Virus record (IMG/VR): IMGVR_UViG_3300044833_000066
Location: 1-60,246 of that record
Direction: 5' to 3' (one strand)
Origin: a virus
Taxonomy: Duplodnaviria; Caudoviricetes
Length of the DNA stretch: 60,246 nucleotides
Below are positions 46,860-55,840 of this stretch, piece after piece. Within the stretch, counting starts at the first letter, position 1, and each line of letters starts with the position of its first letter. Under the pieces are notes generated by a model, which saw only the letters and a program-made list of their open reading frames with translations, was not told the origin of the DNA and searched no databases. The position numbers and the translations under genes are program-made.

Positions 46860-48802
46860 TGGGTCGTTTGGCCTTGGGTTGCCGCCGCCGTGCCGCCCGC
46901 CATAAGACCGGCGATGCCGTATTTCCGCAGGATCGTTATGGTCGCCGGATCGAAGATGACGTGGTTCGACGTGCCGCTGCCGTCAGACCTCGAGCCGCCG
47001 TCGAGGTAGCGAATGCCGGGAATGCCGTTCTTGTTCAGGTGACCCGCGTTCATCGCGGCATCGCTTCCCATAAGGGGCAGCCCTCGCGTGTAAATCTCGC
47101 GGCCGGTCGGGTTTAGGCCCTGCATTTGCGCGGTTGCGTCAACCGCTTTCTGTGCATCTGCCTGTGTTGCGAATGAACGGCCATTCGGCAGTTGCGCGTA
47201 ATCATTTGGCCCGTCGCCCGACCTGCGCCAGACCGAAAACTTGTCCCCGTTCGGCCTTACCTGGTACACGTCGCCAGGCATGGTCACACCAAGGTCAGAC
47301 AGCGCGGCCTGCACGTGCGGCGTCTGTTCCGACAGCGGCTTGTCCCAATCCAGGAAGTGCGCCGGGTCGGCGTTGACGCGGACCTCATACATGTGGCCAG
47401 GAGCCTGGTATTTCGGGATCGGATCGCCGCTTTCGATGTGATCCTGCATCTCAGCCAGCCGATCGATCGCCGCACGCCGATAGTTGTTGCTCGAGAGCGG
47501 CGTGCCGAATTCGCTCTCGGTCGCCTGGATCTTGTCGACCAGCCCCTGGGTTTCCTCTTCAACGGACTTCAGCGCCGCAGCCCGGTCGCCGCCCGCCCGA
47601 TCGAGATAGAACGCCACCCGATGCACAGGATTGTCCGCGTCGTACCGCTCGTCGCCGACCCGCGTCCAGCCGGGATTGACATGCACGTTTTGCGCATTGT
47701 CGAGCACCGCGTTGTAAGCCGCTGCCGTGTTCCGATCTCTGATCGTGGACTTGACCCATGCGCGGATTTCAGGAACCGACTGACCCTGCGCCATATCCCG
47801 CGCGACCAGCCCGGAGACCATATCCACGCTGCCCAACTGACCAGCGGTCAGGTCGTGCGTTTCATGCGTAAGGTCCCGCAAGTGCTCGCCGAACGCTTGC
47901 GCATCCAGCCCCGGCGCCCCGGGCTCGGGCGCGAATGTCGTCTTCCCCGCCAGCGCATTCCGATAGCCCCGCCCGACGTCCTCTCTGTCCGCCGTGTAAT
48001 GGCCCATGCCGAACGCCTGCGCGCCCTCGCCGGTCCCAATGTAGTCGTTACTGAACGCGTTAAAGTCCGCGCCCGAGCCGTGATAGTTGATGAAGCTAGG
48101 CCCCTCAGCCCCCGATGGCGCCGCCGTAGCCTCGGTGCTGATGCTTGACGGGTGAAATGTCACGTAATTGTCGGGCACCCCCTTATTCTTGATGATCGCG
48201 CCATCATGGCCGCCGGCCATTGCCTGCTTGAGCGCGTCCGACAAGTCCGACGTTGAAGCCCCATCAACAATCTTCGGATTTTCGATCTTCAGATATGCGG
48301 GAATCACGTTCGGCTGCGGCTCAGTATCCGCGTAAGTCGGCCTTCCGCTTTCCGCGTAGAAACTCGCGTGATCAGCGTTCGGCGTGAAGAAAGCTGGCCG
48401 TCCTTCGCTGAATGCCAACGCCGGGTCGGCCGTGCCGTGAAACACCCGGAGCGGTTGGCCTGCCGCATCCTTGATCACGCTTTTCCCGAACCACGATGAA
48501 AACCCTGAGTCTACCGGCGCAACGCTGCCCATCAGCACCGACTGCGCCACCTGCCGCGCCGAATCCTCGAGCCCCGCCTGCGTCGGCCAGCCGGTCTCCG
48601 CATCGAGCGTCCCGGCCGCCACGCCAGACGCCCGCTCACGCGCCACGAAATCGCCGTACGCCTTGCTGTTCGCGTCCCACGCATCCGCCAGGCTGGGCGC
48701 CGGCGCGAACGACGCCACGCCGTTCAACAGCGACGCACGGGCCGGCTCGTCTCCACTACCAGGCTCGAACAGCGATGGCGCGGCGTTGATGAGCGACGCC
48801 AT
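46856..48802 (-). CDS. polyvalent protein with two ADP-ribosyltransferase-like (ART-PolyVal type) domains
   Basis: VFHGT...AFFT...ASFYA...NVIPAYLKIENP...GHDGAI; YHGS...GTGEGAQAFGMGHY...GIPGIRYLD. Confidence 0.7.
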   Translation of the reverse strand: MASLINAAPSLFEPGSGDEPARASLLNGVASFAPAPSLADAWDANSKAYGDFVARERASGVAAGTLDAETGWPTQAGLEDSARQVAQSVLMGSVAPVDSGFSSWFGKSVIKDAAGQPLRVFHGTADPALAFSEGRPAFFTPNADHASFYAESGRPTYADTEPQPNVIPAYLKIENPKIVDGASTSDLSDALKQAMAGGHDGAIIKNKGVPDNYVTFHPSSISTEATAAPSGAEGPSFINYHGSGADFNAFSNDYIGTGEGAQAFGMGHYTADREDVGRGYRNALAGKTTFAPEPGAPGLDAQAFGEHLRDLTHETHDLTAGQLGSVDMVSGLVARDMAQGQSVPEIRAWVKSTIRDRNTAAAYNAVLDNAQNVHVNPGWTRVGDERYDADNPVHRVAFYLDRAGGDRAAALKSVEEETQGLVDKIQATESEFGTPLSSNNYRRAAIDRLAEMQDHIESGDPIPKYQAPGHMYEVRVNADPAHFLDWDKPLSEQTPHVQAALSDLGVTMPGDVYQVRPNGDKFSVWRRSGDGPNDYAQLPNGRSFATQADAQKAVDATAQMQGLNPTGREIYTRGLPLMGSDAAMNAGHLNKNGIPGIRYLDGGSRSDGSGTSNHVIFDPATITILRKYGIAGLMAGGTAAATQGQTTQ

Positions 48803-48901
48803 TCCGCCTCCGATAGCGCTGGATTTGCTGGCAAATTGCGCATAATGGTTTGCTCATCGGCACAAAGGGATTTGGTCCCCTGCCAAACGAGGAGTTATCC
48901 C

Positions 48902-49111
48902 ATGGACGAGGAATTACGCGGATATCTTGAAGCGATGGAGGCCCGCTTGATGGCGCGCCTCAACAACAGCGAGGAACGCATCCTGAATCGACTGGCCACG
49001 ATGGAAGACGCGTCCAACACCAAAGGCTTTCTGCTCAACGACGCGGCGATCTACACCCGGCGGTGGCTCGATCTAGAAGCCCGCACCACCAAGCTGGAAG
49101 ACAAGTCCTAA
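48902..49111 (+). CDS. small coiled-coil protein
   Basis: GAGGAG SD within repeated leader. Confidence 0.75.
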   Translation: MDEELRGYLEAMEARLMARLNNSEERILNRLATMEDASNTKGFLLNDAAIYTRRWLDLEARTTKLEDKS

Positions 49112-49144
49112 CCAACCCACCCCACGATTCGAGGAGTTATCCCG

Positions 49145-49363
49145 ATGCTCAAACCCTTCATGATCGCCACAGTCTGCCTCCTGAGCGCCTGCACAACCGA
49201 TGGCTCGGTTGATTGGAAACAGGTGGGCGACGGCGTCCTGCTGGTCGGCGCGGTCGCGATCGGTGCCGCCGCCGCGGTGGCCGCCTCGCAGCCAGCCTAC
49301 ACGCCGCCGGTTACGACAACGTGCAATACCTGGCGGAACTCCACGACCTGCACATCGTACTGA
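49145..49363 (+). CDS. small lipoprotein
   Basis: Lipobox LSAC after signal; repeated leader. Confidence 0.75.
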   Translation: MLKPFMIATVCLLSACTTDGSVDWKQVGDGVLLVGAVAIGAAAAVAASQPAYTPPVTTTCNTWRNSTTCTSY

Positions 49364-49389
49364 TCCACCCCATTCGAGGAGTTATCTCG

Positions 49390-49620
49390 ATGCACATCAT
49401 TATCATTGCTGCCATCTGCGCTTACATCGGCTATTGGCTGGTCAACCACCTAGGCTGCCAATGCGAGGGCGAGACTTACCGGCAGTTCTGTCAGCGCCAC
49501 GCCAGAGACAAAACGCCGCCGATTTCCGATGAACAGGCCCGCAAGGAGGCGTGGGAAAGGATCCACGGCAGATGGGGGCGTGAATGGGCCGCCGCGTTCA
49601 ACAAGAACGAGCCAAACTAA
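49390..49620 (+). CDS. small membrane protein
   Basis: MHIIIIAAICAYIGYWLV TM; repeated leader. Confidence 0.7.
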   Translation: MHIIIIAAICAYIGYWLVNHLGCQCEGETYRQFCQRHARDKTPPISDEQARKEAWERIHGRWGREWAAAFNKNEPN

Positions 49621-49644
49621 CCTGCCAATCGAGGAGTTATCCCG

Positions 49645-49785
49645 ATGCACCTTATCATCATCGCCCTTGCCGGCGTCTGGCTACTCGCCCGCGCCTACAA
49701 CCGACACATGGACAATAAGCGCCAGATTAACGAAGACCTCGTGAGACGGCACCGGGATCTGCTATTGCCTATAGGCTGGCGCTAG
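49645..49785 (+). CDS. 46-aa membrane protein (not in ORF track)
   Basis: MHLIIIALAGVWLLARAY...IGWR*; repeated leader. Confidence 0.7.
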   Translation: MHLIIIALAGVWLLARAYNRHMDNKRQINEDLVRRHRDLLLPIGWR

Positions 49786-49940
49786 TCGCCGGCTTCGACG
49801 GGTGGCTCGGGGATCGGATGCAGATACGCCTGCCCCAGACGCGAACGCGCCTGCCCGCAGGAACCCCAGCCCATTGCAGCGCTCGCAGCACAGGAACGCG
49901 CTCGAGCCCATCACCGGGCCCGGGCGCCGCACCTCAACCA

Positions 49941-51320
49941 TCACCCCAGCAAGCCCATCGTTGGATCGGCGTTCTGGAACGCCGGCACCCTAACCTGCGG
50001 CATATCACCGTCGTTCCGGATGCGATCAACAATCTCGGCGAGCCCACCATATGCGTCGGCTCCATGGCTGTTGATGTCGTGCGCCGGGCCGGATGGCTCG
50101 AGCGTCGTCGCCGGCACCACCCGCTTATAGCGCCGCAACCGATCCAAGAGATTACCCGCACCCAGCAACCGATCCGGCCGCTCGGGCGGCGTTTCATGCT
50201 TGCGCGTGTCGATGTAGACCCGCGGAAACATCATCCGCGCGGCCCTGATCCTCGCCTCGGGATCAGAGCGCGGGATCAGCTGCACCTTGCAACCCAACCC
50301 CTCGAGCACCTTCCGCGCGTTGGTGCCGCTGGTCGGATGGTGCTGCACGGCGTCGTGCGGCAGCCAGTCGGTGCCCCATTTGTAGCCCAGCGGGTCCATC
50401 GCCGCGAGCATCTGCGCGTAGGTCAGCCGGTTGTCCTCGATGTAGTTGATGACGTTCAGCGCGCTCGGATGCGGTTTTTGCACCATGATCGCGGTCATCA
50501 GGTCGTTCCAACCCAGATCCCAGATCCGATGCACCGGCAGCCGCGGATCGTACGGGATCGGCCGCGCCCGACCTTCGGTGACCATCTCGATCACCTCGGT
50601 CGCATAGATCGCCCCAGCGACGACAACGCGCGGCTGGCCGTCCCAGATGTTCGGGTATTCGTCCTTCGAGTGGACCAGGTCGTATTGCCGCAACCGCTCC
50701 TGCTCGGGCGACCACCAGCCGCACGACACCGCATCGCGCCAATTCATCTCGACGACGACAGCGCCCTCGGGCACGTTGACGACGAACCGCTCCCATGCTT
50801 CGTCGCTGTCCATGTCGGGGTTGAAGCTCACCCAACACTCGCTGCCCTTAGTGCGGAACAGCGTCGGCAACAGGATCTGCCATGACCGCTTGCGCACGCT
50901 ATGCGCCTCTTCAACCCAAACGATGTCGAAGCCCTCGTAAGACTTGATCGAATCCACGGTCTGATCCGACAGGCCAGTGAACCCGAACAGCGAGTCCTGC
51001 ACCGTGCCGCGGATGGCGTTCTCGGTGACGCGGTAATACTCGCCGAGATCGAGCGCCTTGATCTGATCGACCAACAGCTGATGCACCGACTGCGCCAGCG
51101 ACTTCTGCACCTCACGCGCGCAGAGGATACGCAACGGCTGATGCACGGCAAGCGTCAGCAGCGCGCGAGCGAACGACCACGATTTGAGGCTGTTACGACC
51201 GCCAAACGCCACCTTGTACGCGTGCTGCTCGAGCAGGAACGCGAGCTTGCGCGGCAACTGCAGCCGGACGAGCTTCTCCGCCGGTTTGGCCGCCGCCCGG
51301 CGTTTGAGCGATGCGCTCAT
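49941..51320 (-). CDS. terL: terminase large subunit (PBSX-like)
   Basis: GGRNSLKS Walker A variant, CAREVQKS, WVEEA Walker B, SFNP, WDLG, SHGADA nuclease motifs. Confidence 0.95.
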   Translation of the reverse strand: MSASLKRRAAAKPAEKLVRLQLPRKLAFLLEQHAYKVAFGGRNSLKSWSFARALLTLAVHQPLRILCAREVQKSLAQSVHQLLVDQIKALDLGEYYRVTENAIRGTVQDSLFGFTGLSDQTVDSIKSYEGFDIVWVEEAHSVRKRSWQILLPTLFRTKGSECWVSFNPDMDSDEAWERFVVNVPEGAVVVEMNWRDAVSCGWWSPEQERLRQYDLVHSKDEYPNIWDGQPRVVVAGAIYATEVIEMVTEGRARPIPYDPRLPVHRIWDLGWNDLMTAIMVQKPHPSALNVINYIEDNRLTYAQMLAAMDPLGYKWGTDWLPHDAVQHHPTSGTNARKVLEGLGCKVQLIPRSDPEARIRAARMMFPRVYIDTRKHETPPERPDRLLGAGNLLDRLRRYKRVVPATTLEPSGPAHDINSHGADAYGGLAEIVDRIRNDGDMPQVRVPAFQNADPTMGLLG

Positions 51321-51481
51321 CCATGCCCCAGGTTTGGCGAGGTCGGCGCCGGATCGCCCGGCTCGGAATCCTCGTCGATGCCGAGCGCCTCCAGCACCTG
51401 ACTCGCGACGTCATCGTCGATCCAGCCGCCAGCCACACGCGCCCGGTAGAGGATGCCGGTGACCAGATCGAGCGCCGTCAT
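51317..51481 (-). CDS. 54-aa protein paralogous to N-terminus of upstream ORF (not in ORF track)
   Basis: MTALDLVTGILYRARVAGGWIDDDVASQVLEALGID; ATGA-coupled both sides. Confidence 0.7.
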   Translation of the reverse strand: MTALDLVTGILYRARVAGGWIDDDVASQVLEALGIDEDSEPGDPAPTSPNLGHG

Positions 51482-51978
51482 CCGCGCCGCGCAGGCCCGG
51501 CCGGTGACGTCGGGGACTTTGGCGCTGCGGTTGGCGTAGATGCGGCTGGGATGTGCGCTAACTGCGACGCCGACGGCGCCGGAACCTTTGGCCCAGATGC
51601 CGGAGCAGCAGCGTGCGATGCCGGAGCGGCGACCGGATGCGCGGCCGGAGCGGCCGCAGCGTGCGCGGCCTTCGCCTGCGCGGCAGCCTCATCAGCATGC
51701 GTCTGAGCCGTGGCAGCGGTCTGCGCGTGCAGCGCCCCGCGCGCCGCCTCGGCCTTGTCCGTCGCCACGCCCGCCGCCGTTTCCGCCACCGCGACATCAG
51801 CCTCGGTGACCACCGCGGGATCGGGCGCCGGCGTCGTCGCGTTCTTGGCGGTGCCCGCCGGATCCAGCGACAGCTGCGTCAGCAGATCGGTCGCGACCGC
51901 CTCGTCAGACCAGCCCCGCGCCTCACGATGCATGGCGAGGACATTTAGCGTACATTCCAGATTGGTCATGGTGCTCAT
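51478..51978 (-). CDS. hypothetical Ala/Pro-rich protein
   Basis: AGGA SD; coupled to downstream ORF. Confidence 0.7.
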   Translation of the reverse strand: MSTMTNLECTLNVLAMHREARGWSDEAVATDLLTQLSLDPAGTAKNATTPAPDPAVVTEADVAVAETAAGVATDKAEAARGALHAQTAATAQTHADEAAAQAKAAHAAAAPAAHPVAAPASHAAAPASGPKVPAPSASQLAHIPAASTPTAAPKSPTSPAGPARRG

Positions 51979-51986
51979 GGCTTTTC

Positions 51987-52445
51987 CTATCCCACTAGTT
52001 GCACGTTTTTCCGCACGTCGTCGGCCATGCGCGGGCCGGTTCGCACAGCCTGCTCGGCCCGCGGTGCCCCCGCCTCGCCGACGAACTCCACCACCACCCG
52101 CATCGGCGTGTCGGCCGGCTTGCCGTCATCGACGACGATGCGCTCGCTCCACCCCATGCGCGCCTGCTGCCACCACTTAATGGCCTGAAAGTCACCGGCC
52201 TTGATCCGCTTGACGTGCTCGATGATGACCATGGTGTTGAGCGACGTCGCGCCGCTATCCAGTTCCGCACGATAGTGCTTTCGAAGCGTGTTCTCGCTGA
52301 TGCTGAGGGACCGCGCCACGTCTTCCTGACCGATGCCGCCGGCGACCATGACAGAGACCATGTCGCGGCCGGTCTTGGTCGGGACGTGCTCCGGCAGGCC
52401 AGGCTTGCGCCGCGGTTCGCCGGGTTGGCGTTTGCGTTTCGGCAT
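51987..52445 (-). CDS. terS: terminase small subunit
   Basis: HTH ISENTLRKHYRAEL, AIKWW..RMGW, upstream of terL. Confidence 0.7.
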   Translation of the reverse strand: MPKRKRQPGEPRRKPGLPEHVPTKTGRDMVSVMVAGGIGQEDVARSLSISENTLRKHYRAELDSGATSLNTMVIIEHVKRIKAGDFQAIKWWQQARMGWSERIVVDDGKPADTPMRVVVEFVGEAGAPRAEQAVRTGPRMADDVRKNVQLVG

Positions 52446-52459
52446 CGGGAGGCTCTCGT

Positions 52460-52609
52460 CTAGCGGTTGATCAGGCCCGGCGCGAACGGCTGCGCGGCCG
52501 GCTTGGGTTTCGCCTGCTGCTTGCGACCCTTGCGCACCGGCTTACGCGCCGGACGCATGGGCGCCACGCCGCCGGCGTACTTGCCGATCCGCGGCGGCGG
52601 CGGCGTCAT
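52460..52609 (-). CDS. 49-aa basic protein (not in ORF track)
   Basis: MTPPPPRIGK...PGLINR*; ATGA-coupled. Confidence 0.5.
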   Translation of the reverse strand: MTPPPPRIGKYAGGVAPMRPARKPVRKGRKQQAKPKPAAQPFAPGLINR

Positions 52610-52869
52610 GGAGGCGCGACGACCAGGACGTACCCGGCATCGAAAGCAGCTTTGGGGCTGATCGACTGATAGCCGTCGTCATAGACCACCCAGAAATCAC
52701 CCACGACAGGCTGATACCGCGCCGTCATGCCATCCGGGAAGATCCGCAGAACACCGTCGCCATTGGCATCTTTGACGTAACAACCGGCCGGGACCACATC
52801 CGTGATCTCGCCCGCCTTGACGATCTTGATCGACTGGTATTCGGCCAGTCCGCCGGTTGGTTCGCTCAT
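52606..52869 (-). CDS. conserved small phage protein (YxDGYxSxSP motif)
   Basis: GDFWVVYDDGYQSISPKAAFDAGY. Confidence 0.75.
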   Translation of the reverse strand: MSEPTGGLAEYQSIKIVKAGEITDVVPAGCYVKDANGDGVLRIFPDGMTARYQPVVGDFWVVYDDGYQSISPKAAFDAGYVLVVAPP

Positions 52870-52873
52870 GGCA

Positions 52874-53434
52874 TCAATACTTCTGCGACGGGCCGGTCGC
52901 CGGCGTCGGCGACTGGCTCGCCGAGAACCCGGCGGCGAGCTGGTCGTCGGCATTGCCCGGCGCGCCCTCGGACGACTTGTCCGCCTGCAGGATGTCGAGC
53001 GCGGCCTTCAACGCAGCCCCGATCGAATCAGCCGGAATCCCCTGCGGAGCGGGAGGCATACCGCCGCCAGCGCCCCCAAGCCCACTAGGAGGACCACCAG
53101 CCCCACCAGGAGGACCACCAGCGCCGGCAGCACCACCAGGAGGGCCGCCAGCACCCATGGCGTCGGCATCGTCGTCGGACATGTCACTGTCATCACCGGA
53201 GTCAGGCTCATCCCCCGCGTAGACGGTGTACGAGCCGTCGCCGCCCTTGCAGATGGTGACGACGACATCATCGCCGCCGCCGCTGTCGGTGTCACCGCCA
53301 GGATCGCCGCCAGCCGACGGATCGCCGCCAGCCGACGGATCACCGCCGGCCGATGGATCGCCGCCCAGCATGCCGCCAGCAGCAGCACCGGGTGGCGCAA
53401 CGGACAGTGCAGCGGGGGAAGGTGCTCTTGCCAT
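52874..53434 (-). CDS. Gly/Asp/Pro-rich low-complexity protein
   Basis: GGAG SD; GGDPSA tandem repeats. Confidence 0.65.
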   Translation of the reverse strand: MARAPSPAALSVAPPGAAAGGMLGGDPSAGGDPSAGGDPSAGGDPGGDTDSGGGDDVVVTICKGGDGSYTVYAGDEPDSGDDSDMSDDDADAMGAGGPPGGAAGAGGPPGGAGGPPSGLGGAGGGMPPAPQGIPADSIGAALKAALDILQADKSSEGAPGNADDQLAAGFSASQSPTPATGPSQKY

Positions 53435-53561
53435 GATGTCTCCGATGATCCGATGGTGAATGGGAATTTCGTTGTGGCACGATAATGTAGTTGCAAACGG
53501 CACAGATGCGCGGCATGTGTGCTTTCGCAGGAAACACCTGCTGCAACGAGGAGTTATCCCG

Positions 53562-54101
53562 ATGACCATCGCACTCGAGAGCCTGACCCCGACCCAGCTG
53601 GCCGCGATCTACAACCACCACAGCGACATCCCGGTGAAGAAGTTTGAGAACCGCCAGAAGGGTGCGCGCCGGCTGGCCGCACTGCTGGCCAAGATCGAGG
53701 TCGACCCGGCCGACGCGATCGCCGCGGTGATCCCCTCCGCGACCGCCGATGCCGCCGCGCGCCAGGCCGCGCTTGATGCCGCCTACAACGCGGGATACGC
53801 CGCCGGCCACGCCGACGCGACCAAAACCGCACCGAAGCCGGCGAAGGCTCGCGAACCTCGGGCGATCGCCACCACCCGCGGGATGCCGACCATGACAGCA
53901 GGCAGGAACGCCCGCGACCTGATCATCGCCGCCTGCCGCCGCCCCGAGGGCGCCACATCGGCCGAGTTGTTCGAGACCACCGGCTGGAAGTACTCCAGCT
54001 GGAGCCATCAGATGAAGCTGATCACCAAGAAGACCGGCACCCCGCACGAGATCCGCCGCGTCGACGGCACCACCCGCTACTTCCTGACCGGGAGGGTCTG
54101 A
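53562..54101 (+). CDS. DUF3489-like wHTH protein
   Basis: CRRPEGATSAELFETTGW; same leader as 48.9-49.8 kb genes. Confidence 0.7.
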   Translation: MTIALESLTPTQLAAIYNHHSDIPVKKFENRQKGARRLAALLAKIEVDPADAIAAVIPSATADAAARQAALDAAYNAGYAAGHADATKTAPKPAKAREPRAIATTRGMPTMTAGRNARDLIIAACRRPEGATSAELFETTGWKYSSWSHQMKLITKKTGTPHEIRRVDGTTRYFLTGRV

Positions 54102-54104
54102 GCC

Positions 54105-54356
54105 ATGGCCCACCTCCCCACCACAGTCATCGAAGCCACCCGAGACTGGGCATTCGGCTACAGCGCCGGCGAGTGGCACCCGACCGCCGAGATTGCCGAT
54201 TTCATCCGCAGCGAACTCGGCTACACCGGCACCACGCCCCAACAGTACGCCGCCCGGTTCGTCGCCCGCGGCGTCGCCAACCGCGACTTTGAGACCCGAC
54301 TGAACGGTCGCGAATGGCAGTGGATCGTCCACCCCCAGCCGACCGGGAGGGCCTGA
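54105..54356 (+). CDS. hypothetical protein
   Basis: GGAGG SD within junction repeat. Confidence 0.7.
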   Translation: MAHLPTTVIEATRDWAFGYSAGEWHPTAEIADFIRSELGYTGTTPQQYAARFVARGVANRDFETRLNGREWQWIVHPQPTGRA

Positions 54357-54359
54357 GCC

Positions 54360-54587
54360 ATGGCAAGCATGAGGATCGACGGCGTGAAGATCCACGCCTC
54401 GGTGACCCAGGAGCGGATCATCGAAGCGGTCGAGCGCCACAACCACAGCCTCGACAACCCAGGCCTCTGCGTGGCTTGCGGAGCGGAGGCTGACGGCGTC
54501 GAGCCCGACGCGGAACGCTACGAGTGCGAGGCCTGCGGCGAGCCCAGCGTCTGGGGTGCCGAGCAGCTGCTGATCATGTTCTTCTGA
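54360..54587 (+). CDS. small zinc-ribbon phage protein
   Basis: CVACG...EPDA...CEACG motif. Confidence 0.8.
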   Translation: MASMRIDGVKIHASVTQERIIEAVERHNHSLDNPGLCVACGAEADGVEPDAERYECEACGEPSVWGAEQLLIMFF

Positions 54588-54793
54588 CCGGGAACGCGTG
54601 AGAGCACGACGATGAGGCAGGCCGCGAAGCGAAACCGCGGCCTGCCCGCGTTCCGCCCCTACGGACGGACGAGGGAACCACCAACCCCACCGGCCGACGT
54701 CGGATTGATCCCAGACGACCGCCAACAGGACTTCGCTGGACTGCTACGAAATTACTTCCTATGTCTGCCCCTACCGACAAGGGGATCGCAAGC

Positions 54794-55033
54794 ATGCCCG
54801 AACCAGTCAGCCTCGAATTGCTTGGACAGATGATGCAGCGCCAGCTTGACGCACAAGGCCTGCTGCGGAGCGACGTGCGACAGATGCGACGCAAACTCGA
54901 CCGCATCGAGCGCGCGATCCTCGCGTTGCAGCGCAGCGACATCGACCGCGCCGAGGCCGACGCCGACACGCAGGAACAGATCTACCAAATGAACCGCCGG
55001 ATCGAGCGCCTGGAAGCCGAGGCCGCGCCATGA
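54794..55033 (+). CDS. small coiled-coil protein
   Basis: Heptad pattern, RRIERLE end; coupled to next gene. Confidence 0.7.
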   Translation: MPEPVSLELLGQMMQRQLDAQGLLRSDVRQMRRKLDRIERAILALQRSDIDRAEADADTQEQIYQMNRRIERLEAEAAP

Positions 55034-55269
55034 GCGACATCCCAGCGGACTACCGCGATCGCCTCGACATCCGGGAGCAGATCGCCAGAATCGACCGGGC
55101 GCGTGAGGAAACGCTGAAATTCACCGCCGAACAGCACAAACTGACGGCCGAGGCAGCGAAGCTAGGGCCAGACCGGCTGCTCGCCCCTTGGCTTGCGATC
55201 GTCGGCCTGATCGGCGGCGTGATCACTGTCGCCTCGACCATTGCCCGCTGGAAGGGATGGGCGCCATGA
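55030..55269 (+). CDS. coiled-coil + C-terminal TM protein
   Basis: PWLAIVGLIGGVITVA TM; ATGA-coupled. Confidence 0.7.
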   Translation: MSDIPADYRDRLDIREQIARIDRAREETLKFTAEQHKLTAEAAKLGPDRLLAPWLAIVGLIGGVITVASTIARWKGWAP

Positions 55270-55484
55270 GCGCCGCATTCCGCGCCGAGCTTGACCGGCT
55301 CGCGCTGTCGCAATCCAGCCTGGCCCACCTCATGCACGAGTTGGGCGACCCGCGCAGCCCGCCGACCATCCTCCGCTCGGTGTCCAATTGGTGCCGCGGC
55401 GTGGTCGCGGTGCCGGGCGAAATGTGGGTGGTTATCAGGCTGCTCGCCGAACGCTCTAACTCCAACGCACGGATGCTCAAATGA
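55266..55484 (+). CDS. XRE-like HTH protein
   Basis: FRAELDRLALSQSSLA...RSVSNWCRG...VPG. Confidence 0.7.
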   Translation: MSAAFRAELDRLALSQSSLAHLMHELGDPRSPPTILRSVSNWCRGVVAVPGEMWVVIRLLAERSNSNARMLK

Positions 55485-55837
55485 CATTCTTCTATTTGGC
55501 GACGCCTTACTCGAAATATCCCGGCGGCCTGCAAGCCGCCTTCGATATGGCCTGCGAACAGACTGCGTTGTTGGTCAATGCAGGCGTTCCCGTCTTTTGC
55601 CCGATCGCACACACGCATCCAGTCGCGATGATTGCTGGAATGGACCCGCTCGATCACACAATCTGGCTCCCGTGCGATCGACCAATGATGGATGCTGCGT
55701 CTGGCATCATTATGGTCAAGGCCGAATCCTGGGAGGAATCCTATGGCATGAAGGTTGAACTTGAAGCCTTCGTTGCAGCGGGCAAGCGCGTTGTGTGGAT
55801 GAAGCCCGGCGAGGTGCCTGCTGAGTTGGCGCGATGA
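55481..55837 (+). CDS. DUF1937 / nucleoside deoxyribosyltransferase-like protein
   Basis: YLATPYS, VFCPIAHTH, WEESYGMKVE motifs. Confidence 0.8.
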   Translation: MTFFYLATPYSKYPGGLQAAFDMACEQTALLVNAGVPVFCPIAHTHPVAMIAGMDPLDHTIWLPCDRPMMDAASGIIMVKAESWEESYGMKVELEAFVAAGKRVVWMKPGEVPAELAR

Positions 55838-55840
55838 CGG

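Noticed and set aside
48880-49650. Leader repeats as a CRISPR array or integron attC sites
   Set aside because: Repeats are short, contain SD+ATG and are separated by whole ORFs of about 240-255 bp; no palindromic attC structure, cas gene or integron integrase
53300-53370. 18-bp tandem repeats
   Set aside because: Encode GGDPSA repeats of a low-complexity protein; no sign of a separate DNA-level function
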